In this document: positions 25,320 to 37,757 of the stretch, piece by piece
Layout of the letters: the number at the start of each line of letters is the position of its first letter
How positions within the stretch are numbered: the first letter of the stretch is position 1
Assembly: GCA_030390025.1 (NCBI GenBank)
Contig: CM059432.1
Span: 118,236,001 to 118,300,000, forward strand
Source: Squalus acanthias
Lineage: Eukaryota
Length of the DNA stretch: 64,000 nucleotides
Direction of reading: 5' to 3'
Translations under genes and position numbers: made by a program
The notes under the pieces: model-generated
The model's input: the letters and a program-made list of their open reading frames with translations, nothing else
The model's database searches: none
What the model was told of the DNA's origin: nothing

Positions 25320-25770
25320 ATACATAGAAACACATAAACATAATAACATAGAAACAGGCCATTCGGCCCAATTCATCTATGTCAGTGATTACGCTCCATA
25401 AGAGCAAATCATTCCAATCACACTTATCCACCCTGTTCCCAAATATCATCGACCCTTGTCCCTTCACCCATCTATCCAATCAAATCCTCAATGTTGACAG
25501 AGTTTCTGCCTCAACCACTGACCCACAGCCTCACAACTCTCAGTGTGAAGGCGTTTCTCCTACCCTTTTTTTTAAAATCTCTTGCATTTAATCTGTTATT
25601 TATGACCCCTCGTGCTTGACCCATCAATTGTTGGAAACAGTCTGCTTCTATCTCCCTCCTTTCATAATATTAAAAACATCAATCATATCGTCCCCTAATC
25701 TGTGTTGTTCTAATGAAAGAAGAGCAATTTTTTAAGCCATTCTTCATATTTGTATTATCTCATACCTGGA
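25320..25770 (-). mobile_element. Degenerate CR1 3' fragment
   Basis: acatagaaacaggccattcggccc tail and decayed C-terminal coding sequence. Confidence 0.65.
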
Positions 25771-26804
25771 CATAATCAAGAATTGAGGAGAAGCCACAAA
25801 CGTAATAGAAGTGTAGGATAAAGTAAGAAGAGAAAACAGCCAATGAGTTCATGTGTATGCGGACATGTATTGTTATAATGGTTGTTAAAGTTTTGTTCAT
25901 TTGGAAATTTCTACTATTGAGAATGTGGGGTTGAGGGAAGAACAGAGTCTGTTTTTTCTGCAGACAACAGCTTCTTCAACAGAGAACAAAGAATTGCTGA
26001 AATAAAAGAAAACATTGCAACTGCTAGAAAACTGAAATAAAAACAGGAAACACTGAAAATGCACTGCAGATCAGTCGGAATCAGAACTAGCCATTTTTAT
26101 AAGAAGAATTGCTGTTACTTGTAATTTTATATTATGTAGTTTTTTTGCCTTGTTGAACAAATTTTGTCCCATGTCAAACAGGTAATTTCATAGAGCTGGA
26201 AGGAAACAATGCACAGTCATTTCATACAGACATTGATGTTCAGTGGCGCCACCATTGTCTATTACAGTGCTCCTCCATGTTGAACACCACTTGGAAGAAG
26301 CACTGAGAGTAGCAAGGGCACAGAATGTACTCTGGGTGGGGGACTTCACTGTCCATCACCAAGAGTGGCTCAGTCGGACAAAGGAGCTGAATTCCAGAGG
26401 TGAGGTGAGAGTGACTGCTCTTGACATCAAGGTAGCATTTGACCGAGTGTGGCATCAAGGAGCCCTAGTAAAATTGAAGTCAATGGGAATCGGGGGGAAA
26501 ACTCTCCACTGGCTGGAGTCATACCTACCACAAACGAAGATGGCTGAAGGTCACAGCCCCAAGACATCGCTGCAGGAGTTCTTCAGGGCGATGTCCTAGG
26601 CCCAACCATCTTCAGCTGCTTCATCAATGACCTTCCCTCCAACATAAGGTCAGAAATGGGGACGTTCGCTAATGACTTCACAGTGTTCAGCACCATTCAC
26701 AACCCCTCAGATAATGAAGCAGTCCATGCCCGCATGCAAGAAGACCTGGACGACGTTCAGGCTTGGGCTGATAAGTGGCAGGTAACATTCCCGCCACAGA
26801 ATGG

Positions 26805-26878
26805 TAGCGTAGTGGTAATGTCACTGGGCTAGTAATCCAGAGGCCTGGACTAATGATCCAGAGACGTGAGTTCAAATC
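26805..26878 (+). promoter_or_regulatory. Pol III type-2 internal promoter (tRNA-like A and B boxes)
   Basis: tagcgtagtgg (A box) and gttcaaatc (B box) at the very 5' end of the inserted unit. Confidence 0.8.
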
Positions 26879-27180
26879 TCACCACGGCAGCTGGGGAATT
26901 TAAATTCAGTTAATTAAATAAATGAAACTATTGGATTGTCATAAAAACCCATCTGGTTCACTAATGTCCTTTAGGGAAAGGAAATCTGCTGTCCTTACCT
27001 GGTCTGGCTTATATATGACTCTAGCCCCACGGCAATGTGGTTCGCCCTTAACTGCCCTCTGAAATGGCCTAGCAAGTCACTCAGTTGTAGCTAACCACTA
27101 AGAATGAAACCGGACGGACCACCCGGCATTGACCTCGGCACTGGCTACGGACATAGCAATAGCACACCCAGCCCAATCAA

Positions 27181-30090
27181 CCCTGCAAAGTCCTCCTCAC
27201 CAACATCTGGGGACTTGTGCCAAAATTGGGAGAGCTGTCCCACATGGGTGTCCTTGTACATGAGTCACTGAAAGTGAATGTGCAGCAAGCCATTAGGAAG
27301 GCAAAAATGGTATGCTCACCTTCATTACAAGAGGATTTGAGTACAGGAGTAAAGAAGTCTTATTCCAATTATATAGGGCCTTGGTGAGACCACACCTGGA
27401 GTACTGTGTACAATTTTGGTCTCCTTACCTAAGGAAGGATATACTTGCCATAGAGGGAGGGCAACAAAGGTTCACGAGATTGATTCCTGGGATGGTGGGA
27501 CTGTCGTATGAGAAGAGATTGAGTAAACTAGGCCTGTATTCTCTTCAATTCAGAAGAATGAGAGGGGAATCTCATTGAAGCATACAAAATTATTACAGGG
27601 CTCGATAGGGTGGATGCTGGGAGAATGTTTCCCTTGGCTGGGGAGTCTAGAACCAGGGACCACAGCCTCAGGATAAAGGGTAGGCCATTCAGGACTGAGA
27701 TGAGAAGAAATTTCTTCACACAGAGGGTGGTGAATCTTTGGAATTCTCTACCTCAGAGGGCCTAGGAGGCTCAGTCATTGGATATATTCAAAACAGAAGT
27801 TGATAGATTTCTGACTAGTAAGGGCATCAAGGAATATAGCGATAGGGCCGGTGAATGGAGTTGAGGTGGAAGATCAGCCATGATCTCATTGAATGGCTGA
27901 GCAGGCTCGAAGGGCCGAATGGCCTACTCCTGCTCCTATTTTGTATGTACTTATGTTATTATGTACAGACTAGTCAAGCAACAGCCTGACATAGTCATAG
28001 TCACAGAATCATACCTTTCAGCCAATGTCCCAAACTCCTCCATCACCATCTCTGGGTATGTCCTGTCCCGCCGGCAGGACAGACCCACCAGGGGTGGCGG
28101 CACAATGGTATACAGTCAGGAAGGAATGGCCCTGGGAGTCCTCAACCTTGACTCTGGACCCCATGAAGTCTCATGGCTTCAGGTCAAGCATGGGCAAGGA
28201 AACCTCCTGCTGATTACCACCTACCGCCCTCCCTCAGCTGATGAATCAGTACTCCTCCAAATTGAACACCACTTGAAAGAAGCACTGAGAGTAGCAAGGG
28301 CTCAGAATGTACTCTGGGTGGGGGACTTCAATGTCCATCACCAAGAGTGGCTCGGTAGCACCACTACTGACCGAGCTGGCTGAGTCCTGAAGGACATAAC
28401 TGCCAGTCTGGGCCTGCAACAGGTGGTGAGAGAACCAACACGAGGGAAAACCTACTTGACCTCGTCCTCACCAATCTACCTGTCGCAAATTCATCTGTCC
28501 ATGACAGCATTGGTAGCAGTGACCACCGCACAGATCGTTGTGGAGACGAAGTCCCGTCTTCACACTGAGGACACCTTCCATCGTGTTGTGTGGCACTACC
28601 ACCATGCTAAATGGGATAGATTCAGAACAGAACTAGCAGCTCAAAAGTGGGCAATCATGAGGCGCTGTGAGCCATCAGCAGCAGCAGAATTGTATTGCAC
28701 CACAATCTGTAACCTCATGGCCCGGCATATCACTCACTCTAGCATTACCACCAAGCCAGGGGACCAACCCTGGTTCAATGAGGAGTGTAGAAGAGCATGC
28801 CAGGAACAGCACCAGGTGTACCTAAAAATGAGGTGCCAACCTGGGGAATCTGCACCACAGGACTACATGCATGCTAAAAAGCGGAAGCAGCATGCTATAG
28901 ACAGGGCTAGGCGATTCCACAATCAATGGATCAGATCAAAGCTCTGCAGTCCTGCCACATTCAGTCGTGAATGGTGGTGGACCATTATACAACTAATGGG
29001 AGGAGGAGGCTGCATAAATATCCCCATCCTCAATGATGGTGGAGCCCAGCTCGTGAGTGCAAAAGACAAGGCTGAAGCGTTTGCAACCATCTTTAGCCAG
29101 AAGTGCCGAGTGGATGATCCATATCGGCCTACTCCTGAGGTCCCCACCATCACAGAAGCCAGTCTTCAGCCAATCCGATTCACTCCACGTGATATCAAGA
29201 AACGGCTTAGCGCACAGGGTACAGCAAAGGCTATGGGCCCCGACAACATCCCGGTTATCGTGCTGAAGACTTGTGCTCCAGAACTAGCCGCACCTCTAGC
29301 CAAGCTGTTCCAGTACAGCTACAACACTAGCATCTATCCGACAATGTGGAAAACTGCCCAGGTATGTCCTGTCCACAAAAAACAGGACAAATGCAACCTG
29401 GCCAATTACTGCCCCATCAGTCTACTCTCAATCATCAGCAAAGTGATCGAAGGTGTCATCGACAGTGCTATCAAGCGGCACTTACTCAACAATAACCTGC
29501 TCATTGATGCCCAGTTTGGGTTCCGCCAAGACCACTCGGCTCCCGACCTCATTACAGCCTTGGGCCAAACATGGACAAAGAAGCTGAATTCCAGAGATGA
29601 GGTGAGAGTGATTGCCCTTGACATCAAGGCAGCATTTGACCAAGTGTGGCATCAAGGAGCCCTAGTAAAATTGAAGTCAATGGGAATCAGGGGGAAAATG
29701 CTCCACTGGCTGGAGTCCTGCCTAGCAGAAAGGAAGATGGTTGTGGTGATTGAAGGTCTATCATCACAGCCCCAGGACATCGCTGCAGGAGTTCCTCAGG
29801 GCAGTGCCTTAGGCCCAACCATCTTCAGCTGCTTCATCAATGATCTTCCCTCCAACATAAGGTCAGAAATGGGGATGTTCGATGATGACTGCCAGTGTTC
29901 CGCGCCATTCACAACTCCTCAGAAAATGAAGCAGTCCATGCCCGCATGCAACAAGACCTGGACGACATTCAGGCTTTGGCTGATAAGTGGCAGGTAACAT
30001 TCATGTCACAGAAGTGCCAGGCAATGGCTATCTCCAACAAGCGAGAATCTAACCACCTTCCCTTGACATTCAACGGCATCACCATTGATC
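27181..30090 (+). pseudogene. APE endonuclease-reverse transcriptase ORF, disabled
   Basis: PCKVLLTNIWGLVPKLGELSH (27181-27243) continues as RLVKQQPDIVIVTESYL after the CR1 insertion; stop at 28381, frameshifts near 28450, 28535 and 29893; FDDD in place of FADD. Confidence 0.9.
27245..27964 (+). mobile_element. 5'-truncated HER1-type CR1 inserted into the APE domain
   Basis: LYRALVRPHLEYCVQFWSP, CR1 tail ending tatgttattatgt; possible aca duplication. Confidence 0.92.
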
Positions 30091-31302
30091 CTTCATCGTC
30101 GCTGGGTGAAAGTCCTGGAACTCCCTACCTAACAGCACTGTGGGATTACCTTCACCACATGGACTGCAGCGGTTCAAGAAGGCGGCTTACCACCACCTTC
30201 TCAAGGGCAACTAAGGATGGGCAATAAATGCTGGCCTTGCCAGCGACGCCCAGATCCCATAAGTGAAAAAAAAAGTGCCAGGCAATGACTATCTCCAACA
30301 AGCGAAAGCCTAACCACCGCCGCTTGACATTCAACGGCATTACCATCACCGAATCCCCCACCATCAACATCCTGGGTGTCACCATTGACCAGAAACTTAA
30401 CTGGACCAGCCACATACATACTGCGGCAACAAAAGCAGGTCAGAGGCTAGGTATTCTGCGGCGAGTTTCTCATCTCCTGACTCCCCAAAGCCTTTCCACC
30501 ATCTACAAGGCACAAGTAAGGAGTGTGGAATACTCTCCACTTCCCTGGATGAGTGCAGCTGCAACAACACTCAAGAAACTCGACACCATCCAGGACAAAG
30601 CAGCCCGCTTTCTTGGCACCCCATCCACCACCTTAAACATTCACTCCCTCCACCACCGGCGTACCGTGGCTGCAGTGTGTACCATCTACAAGATGCACTG
30701 CAGCAACTCGCCAAGGCTTCTTCGGCAGCACCTCAAAAACCCGCGACCTCTACCACCTAGAAGGACAAGGGCAGCAGGCGCATGGGAACACCACCACCTC
30801 CAAGTTCCCCTCCAAGTCACACACCATCCTGACTTAGAAGTATATTGCTGATCCTTCATCATCGTTGGGTCAAAATCCTGGAACTCCCTCCCTAACAGCA
30901 CTGTGGGAGTACCTTCACCACATGGACTGCAGCGGTTCAAGAGGTGGCTCAGCACCACCTTCTCAACGGCAATTAGCGATGGGCAATAAATGCTAGCCTT
31001 GCCAGTGATGCCCACATCCCATAAACGAATAAAAATTGGAATTAAAAAAAACCAATGAGACCCTTGCCAGTGAGATAATAGGAATTGGTGGATAATGAAG
31101 AATCCCCAGATTTTCATCTTACACATATGGCAGACCAATGCCCTACATGGGTGAAAGAAGATGGATCCAATACATGTAGCAAATTTAATTCAATTTATTT
31201 TTTCTTGAGTTTGGTGCGAGTGAGCTGTCCAATGATGCATTATCTTGTACAGTGCTTTGTCCTACAAAATATCTGGTGGATAATTGATATGGTCTGACAC
31301 CA

Positions 31303-32170
31303 CCACCATTCGATGAGATCATGGCTGATCATCCAAACTCAGTACCCTGTACCTGCCTTCTCCCCATATCCCTTGATACCTTTAGCTTTAAGAAATATAT
31401 CTAACTCATTCTTGAATACATTTAATGACTTGACCTCAACTACCTTCTGTGGTAGAGAATTCCACAGGTTCACCACTCTCTGGGTGCAGAAATTCTTCCT
31501 CATTTCTGTCCTAAATGGCTTACCCCTTATCCTTAGATTATGACCCCTGGTTCTGGACTCTCCGACCTATCGGGAACATTCTTCCTGCATCTAGTTTGTC
31601 CAGACCTATCAGAATTTTATATGTTTCGATGAGATCCCCTCTCATTCTTCTATACTCCAGCGAGTATAAGCCCAATCGACCCAATCTCTCCTCATATGTC
31701 ATTCCTGCCATCCCAGGTATCAGCCTTGTGAATCTTTGCTGAACTCCTTCCATGGCAAGACCATGCTTCCTCAGATAAGGCGACCAAAACTGCACACAGT
31801 ACTCAAGGTGTGGTCTCACCAAGGCCCTGTACAACTGCAGCAGGACATCCCTGTTCCTATACTCAAACCCTTTCGCTATGAAGGCCAACATACCATTTGC
31901 CTTCTTCACTGCCTGCTGCACCTGCATGCTTACCTTCAGTGACTGGTGCACAAGGACACCCAGGTCTCGTTGCACTTCCCCTTCTCCCAATCTATTGCCA
32001 TTCAGATAATAGTCTGCCTTTCTGTTTTTGACACCAAAGTGGATAACCTCGCATTTATCCACGTTATATTGCATCTGCCACGCTTCTGCCCACTCACCCA
32101 ACCTGTCCGAATCATCCTGGAGTTTCTCGGTATCCTCCTCGCAGCACACACGCCCACCCAGCTTTGTGTC
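31303..32170 (-). mobile_element. HER1-type CR1 3' fragment
   Basis: DTKLGG...WQMQYNVDKCEV...VRPHLEYCVQFWSP. Confidence 0.92.
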
Positions 32171-32226
32171 CCAAAGTGCTTTACAGCCAATGAAGTACCT
32201 TTGAAGTGTATTCACTGTTGTAATAT

Positions 32227-33800
32227 GAACATAAGGACATAAGAAATAGGAGCAGGAGTAGTACCTTCGGACCTTCGAGCCTGCTCCGCCATTCAATAAT
32301 ATCATGGCTGATCTTCTACCTCAACTCTACCTTCCCGCACTATCCCCATATCCCTTGATTCCCTTAGTTCCCAAAAATCTATCGATCTCTGTCTTGAATA
32401 GACTCAACGACGAGTATCCATTCAGAGAATTCCAAAGATTCACAACTCTCTGAGCGAAGACATTTCTCCTCATCTCATTCCTAAATGGCTGACCCCTTAT
32501 TCTGAGACTGTGAGCCTTAGTTATAGACTCCCCAGCCAGGGAAAACATCCTCCCTGCATTTACGTTGTCAAGCCTCTTAAGAATTTTATGGGGGAAAAAT
32601 TGAGTTGCGCCCCCTTTGGGGTGCTAACTTCGCTGGGGCGCTACTTTTAGCGCCCAAAGCAATTAGCGTCCCCGAGGCCGAAATTCATCGGTAGCGCCCC
32701 AAGAGGGAAGCGGGGTGCTACTGGAAGCGCCCCGCCTCCCTCTTGGGGCGCTGTGATTGAATATTGCGGCGCTATGTGGCGCTGCAGCACGTCGCGTCGC
32801 AGGCCTTTCTCCCCTTCTTAAAGGGGAGGGGCCTTGAGCAGTGCGACCCGGAGCCCAGCTGGGCCACCAGGGATCAGAATGCCGGCAAAAGAACATGGCA
32901 CTCAAGAGAAGTGCCAGGCTCACGGAGCGCAGCCGGCACTCCACGGGGGGGCTTCAGAGGAGGTCGGGGATGGCAGAGGGGGCAGGTGCTGGCAGGCGGC
33001 CCGGCACCTCCCCTTTAATTTGCGCCGCTCTGGTCCCAGGTAGGCCCCCCTGATCCCGGCGGACATAGCGTCCAGCGGTAAGTCAAGGTGGCTACCTGAA
33101 TATCACTGCCAGTGCGCGAACAGGGCACTACGCATGGCGATGACATCATCGTCGGTGGCGCAGCAGCACGGGGCGCTAACGGTTACCGCCGCCGCTAACC
33201 TCCCGCTGAATTTCGCGGGAGGCGTTGGCGCCGCCGCGCCCAGGCGCTAGTTGCTTTGCGCCCCGTTAGCCCCCTCTTAGGGGGCTAACGGGAGGTGCAA
33301 AGCAACCGAATTTTTAGGCCCATATGTTTCAATGAGATCACTTCTCATTCTTCTAAACTCTAGGGAATATAAGCCTAATTTACTCAATCTCTCCTCATAG
33401 GACAATCCCTTCATCCCAGGAATCAATCTGGTGAACCTTTGTTGCACTCCCTTTCTAGCACGTATATCCTTCCTTCGGTTAGGAGACCACAACTATACAC
33501 GGTACTCCAGGTGTGCTCTCACCAGGGCCCTATATAATTGCAGTAAGATGTCATTACTCTTATACTCAAATCCTCTTGTAATAAAGGCCAACATAGCATT
33601 TGCTTTCCTAATTGCTTGCTGTACCTGCATGTTAACTTCCAGTGATTTATGTACCAGGATACCCAAGTCCCTCTGAACACCAACATTTTACAGTCTCTGA
33701 CCTTTTAAAAAATACTCTGCTTTTCTATTTTTCCTACCAAAGTAGATAACTTCACATTTCTCCACATTATATTCCATCTGCCACATACTTGCCCACTCAT
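32227..33800 (-). mobile_element. HER1-type CR1 3' fragment interrupted by a MITE
   Basis: (cataagaa)n tail, QRVVNLWNS, QQRFTRLIPGM; sequence resumes after 33320. Confidence 0.9.
32590..33320. mobile_element. GC/CpG-rich Harbinger-type MITE
   Basis: gggggaaaaatt ... aatttttaggcc termini, tat/cat flanks, many subterminal gcgcccc/gcgcta motifs; cleanly interrupts CR1. Confidence 0.8.
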
Positions 33801-33804
33801 TAAC

Positions 33805-35475
33805 GGGCGCAAAATTCGGATCGGTAGCGCCCAATGTTCAGGCACTATAGGTGCCATTTGGGTGCAAAAATGGCATCCGCTACACACACGTGCACACTTG
33901 TGGGGCGAATCGCGCAGGACGCCATAATGGTGAGGGTGTTAGGACGGGCGCAGTGAACATCGGCCAGAAGTATGCAGAGCAGGCAGATCATGGCGTCAAT
34001 ATGACGCTACTGCCATTTTGGAGCTCAACGCTCCTGCTAATGCCCTCTCTTAAGCTCACAGACTGAAAATGCGTTCAGCAGCAGGAAGGACCACCCTCCA
34101 GCGGTATTTAAAGTGATCATCAACTACTTTCAGGTTAGTTGCGATGATTCAAAAAGTGTTTGGCACTTTCTGTAGTTGTTTCGAGTGGTAAAAGTCTACA
34201 GGGAGTGGTGTGGCAGGTGCTGAAGGACCTTTTCTTGACTTCAAGGCTTCTGCACATACCACTTGCTGCCAGACATGCGTGCAGCATTAGGAATTCCCGT
34301 TGGAATACAACTTGATTGTAGAATGAACAGAGGCCACGCAGAGCAGGACATGTTGCTGGAAGAGGGAGGAGGAAGAGGCCGAAGAAGTGCTCTCAGCAGG
34401 AGACCATATCCACCCAGGGTGTTTAGGGAGCAATTATCCTACCTGAACCTCAGCGAGGAACAATGTGTGAGACATCTACGCGTCAATAAGGAGGTCCTCA
34501 CTGAAATCTGCCACCTGCTGCAGCCACAACTGCAACCTCAGAGCAGGGCAAGGACAGCATTACCAGTGGCTGTGAAAGTGACGGTGGCCATGAACGTTTA
34601 TGCGTCTGGCTCCTTCCAGGCTGGAGCCGGAGATATTTGCAACATCTCGCAGTTTGCCGTCCATTGTTGTGTAAGGGAGGTCACTGAGGCTCTCTATTCA
34701 AAGAGAGCTGACTACATTTCATTCTCTTTTACCAGAGAGCAGCAGGCGGAGTGAACACATGGCTTCGCTAGGATTTCAGACTTCCCCATGGTGTAGGGTG
34801 CCATTGACTGCATGCACATCGCTTTGCAGGCACTGCATGTCAACTCTGCCATGTACCGGAACCAAAAAGGATTCCACTCCCTCAACGTCCAGTTGGTGTG
34901 CGGCCGTAGGCAGAGAATCATGCAGGTCAATGCCCGATATCCAGGCAGCAGTCATGATGTCTTCATTCTGCAGCAGTCTGCTGTGCCATCTGCATTTCAA
35001 CCACCATGACAATCCAAAAGGTGGCTACTGGGCGACAAGAGCTATCGGCTGACGACATGGCTCATGACTCTGGTGCACAATCCATGGATACAATGAAACC
35101 CATGCTGCCATATGAAATGTAATAGAGCAGACCATTGGCATGCTGAAACAATGCTTCCACTGCCTGGAACACTCTGGGAGAGTCTTGGTTTACTCGGCAG
35201 AGCAGGGATCAAGATTCATGGTGGTCTGCTGCATGCTGTCAACCTCGCCATCATGAGGGTACAGCCCTTGCCACCAGCTATACGGTGAGCAGCTGAGGAG
35301 GAGTAACATGAGGAGAAAAGGAGGAAGAAGAAGGGAGGAGGCAACCTAGACAGTCCCTTTCTGCCCGGGCTGTCCGTGAAGAACTCATCTGAGTATGACA
35401 CCAGTAACCAAAACCCCAATTCCCCATTCACCAACTGTCCCACACCTTACCTTCCCTCTGTCACTGACCATCATA
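33805..35475 (+). mobile_element. Harbinger left arm with decayed transposase (34275-~35395)
   Basis: TIR gggcgcaaaattcg; [48 protein letters not shown] with stops and frameshifts. Confidence 0.88.
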
Positions 35476-35479
35476 GCGT

Positions 35480-35840
35480 CATCCCTGGGATGGATACCAT
35501 CAGGTCCTGGGGATTTGTCAGTCTTTAGTGCCATTATTTTTTCTAATACTGTTTTTCTTGCTTACATTTGGTTTAGTGAGTTCCAGTCCTTGATTCATTA
35601 TGAATTTCCCTGGAATGTCTTGTACATTATCCTCTTCCTCTACTGTGAAGACTGACACAAAGTAGCTTTTCACACATCTGCCATTTCCTTATTTTCATTA
35701 GCAATATTATCCTCATCTGTTTTTAAAGGGCCCAGATTGCCATTGAGTACGCTTTTTCTTCTAGTATAATTGTAAAAACTTTTCTGTTAATCTTGATATC
35801 CCTTGCAAGTTTCTTCGCAAGTTTCATTTCGTATTCCCAC
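35480..35840 (-). mobile_element. CR1 internal fragment
   Basis: gacaaatccccaggacctgatggtatccatcccagg (DKSPGPDGIHP) on the minus strand. Confidence 0.75.
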
Positions 35841-35979
35841 AAAATGCCAAGGGAATGAAACAAAGAGATTCAGATGATTAAGAATTTGAATATAATGCAG
35901 ACTACTGGATCACTATTGAGCTTTCAGAGGAGGGTAGTATAAAAGAACTTGTAAAAAAGAGCTTACAGTCATGTAACAA

Positions 35980-36220
35980 TTTATCGCATCTTTAGAATAT
36001 CTGAAAGTGCTTTACAATCATTGGATGACTTTTTGAAGTGCCGTCACTTTTGTAGTGTAGACAAATACAGCAGTCAAAAGTTACACAGCAAGGTCCCAAA
36101 ATTAGCAACAAATGAATGACCAGATAGACTGGTTTTGGTGGTGTTGGTTGAGGGATGAATGTCAGCCAAGACATTGGGAGAATTCCCTACACTTCTTCAA
36201 ATATTGCTACAAGATCTTTT
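35980..36220 (-). mobile_element. Degenerate Deu-SINE 3' fragment
   Basis: Reverse complement of the 7200-7450 segment. Confidence 0.65.
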
Positions 36221-36514
36221 ACATTTTTCCCCAAATTGGCCTGGGTTTTTATCTGTCTTTTTGCCTCTCCCAGGAGATCACATGTTTTTTGGGTGGGGTG
36301 GAGAGCAAGATTCCCTTTAAGCTGTGAGGCCGTGCAGCTCTCTGGACAACCGGCGCAGCTGGCTCACCAGCTTTTCAAAAAAATGAACAGCAACATTGGT
36401 GGAGAGTTTATATATTGTGATACACAAGGTATCACAATTGTGTGGGGCAGGCTAGATGAACCAAAGGGTCTTTACCCGTCCGTCAATGTTCGTATACATT
36501 CACCTGAACAAGGA

Positions 36515-36995
36515 GGCAGGTAATTTAAAATTACATCCAAAAGATTCCAGGAAAAATATATTCCGCTAATAAACAAGAACAAACTAAACACTAATGAGAC
36601 ACCATGGATGAATAAAGTTATAAGGGAAAAATTGAGGGTAAGGAAAGAGTCGTACACTAAGTACATGGACAGCAGGGGAGAGCATGACAAGGGAGAATAC
36701 AACGCGATTAGGAAAGAAGTCAAAAAAACAATTAGGAAGGCAAAGAGGAACTATAAAATTAAATTATCAAGGAACATAAAACAAAGTAGTAAAATATTCT
36801 ACAGGCACATAAATAAAAAAAGGAAAGTTGGGATGGGAATAGGGCCACTAAGGGATGGACAGGGTAAAATCACAGGCAGTGATAGCAAAATGGCAGAAAT
36901 CTTAAATAATTATTTTGCTTCAGTATTTACCAGGGAGATGGATCAGGGGGGCATGATATCGGAAGATGAGATTAGAAATGATATAATCGCATTGA
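36515..36995 (+). mobile_element. CR1 internal fragment (APE-RT linker)
   Basis: PWMNK...KIFYRHINKK...MAEILNNYFASVFT. Confidence 0.85.
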
Positions 36996-37757
36996 GGTAG
37001 GAGTGACCACCGCACAGTCCTTGTGGAGACAAAGTCCCGTCTTCACACTGAGGACACCCTCCATCGTGTTGTGTGGCACTTCCACCGTGCTAAATGGGAT
37101 AGATTCAGAACAGATCTAGCAGCTAAAAACTGGGCATCCATGAGGCTCTGCGGGCCATCAGCAGCAGCAGAATTGTATTCCACCACAATCTGCAACCTCA
37201 TGGCCCGGCATATCCCTCACTCTACGATTACTACCAAGCCAAGGGACCAACCCTGGTTCAATGAGGAGTGCAGAAGAGCATGCCAGGAGCAGAACTAGGC
37301 ATATCTAAAAATGAGGTGCCAACCTGGTGAAGCTACAACACAGGTCTACATGCATGCTAAACAGCAGAAGCAGCATTCTATAGACAGAGCTAGGCGATCC
37401 CACAACCAATGGATCAGATGAAAGCTCTGCAGTCCAGCCACATCCAGTCGTGAATGGTGGTGGACAATTAAACAACTAACAGGAGGAAGAGTCTCGATGA
37501 ATATCCCATCCTCAATGATGGCAGAGCCCAGCACGTGGGGGCAAAAGACAATGTTGAAGCATTTGCAACCATCTTCAGCCAGAAGTGCCAAGTGAATGAT
37601 CCATCTCGGCCTCCTCCTTGAGGTCCCCAACATCACAGAAGCTAGTCTTCAGCCAATTCGATTCACCCCACGTAGTACAGCAAAGGCTATTGGCCCCGAC
37701 AACATCCTGGCTCTAATGCTGAAGAGTTGTGCTCCAGAACTAGCCATGACTCTAGTT
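36996..37757 (+). mobile_element. Internal fragment of the tRNA-headed LINE family
   Basis: Colinear with 28510-29300 (ETKSRLHTED...PWFNEECRRAC...CAPELA). Confidence 0.9.

Larger units (their letters stand above)
26802..30274 (+). mobile_element. Full-span CR1-group LINE with tRNA-derived head, single APE-RT ORF, AATAAA and A-tail
   Basis: Both ends defined by the interrupted host copy; A box 26805-26815, B box 26870-26878; APE (NIWGL..K..EL, TESYL, YRPP, GDFN, SDH) and RT (GPDNI, PISLL, QFGFR, DIKAAFD, GVPQG) motifs; ~500-bp deletion at ~30088. Confidence 0.9.
26265..31035 (+). mobile_element. Older copy of a CR1-group APE-RT LINE (26265-26801 and 30275-31035), split by insertion of a younger family member
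   Basis: Left part ends ...ggtaacattcccgccacagaa, right part starts gtgccaggcaatgac; the uninterrupted junction cacagaagtgccaggcaatg is visible at 30007-30026. Confidence 0.88.

Noticed and set aside
26802..26890. Functional tRNA gene (also the heads at ~1975-2046, ~6990-7060 and ~11020-11090)
   Set aside because: A and B boxes are present, but there is no complete cloverleaf or terminator and each continues into a repeat body.
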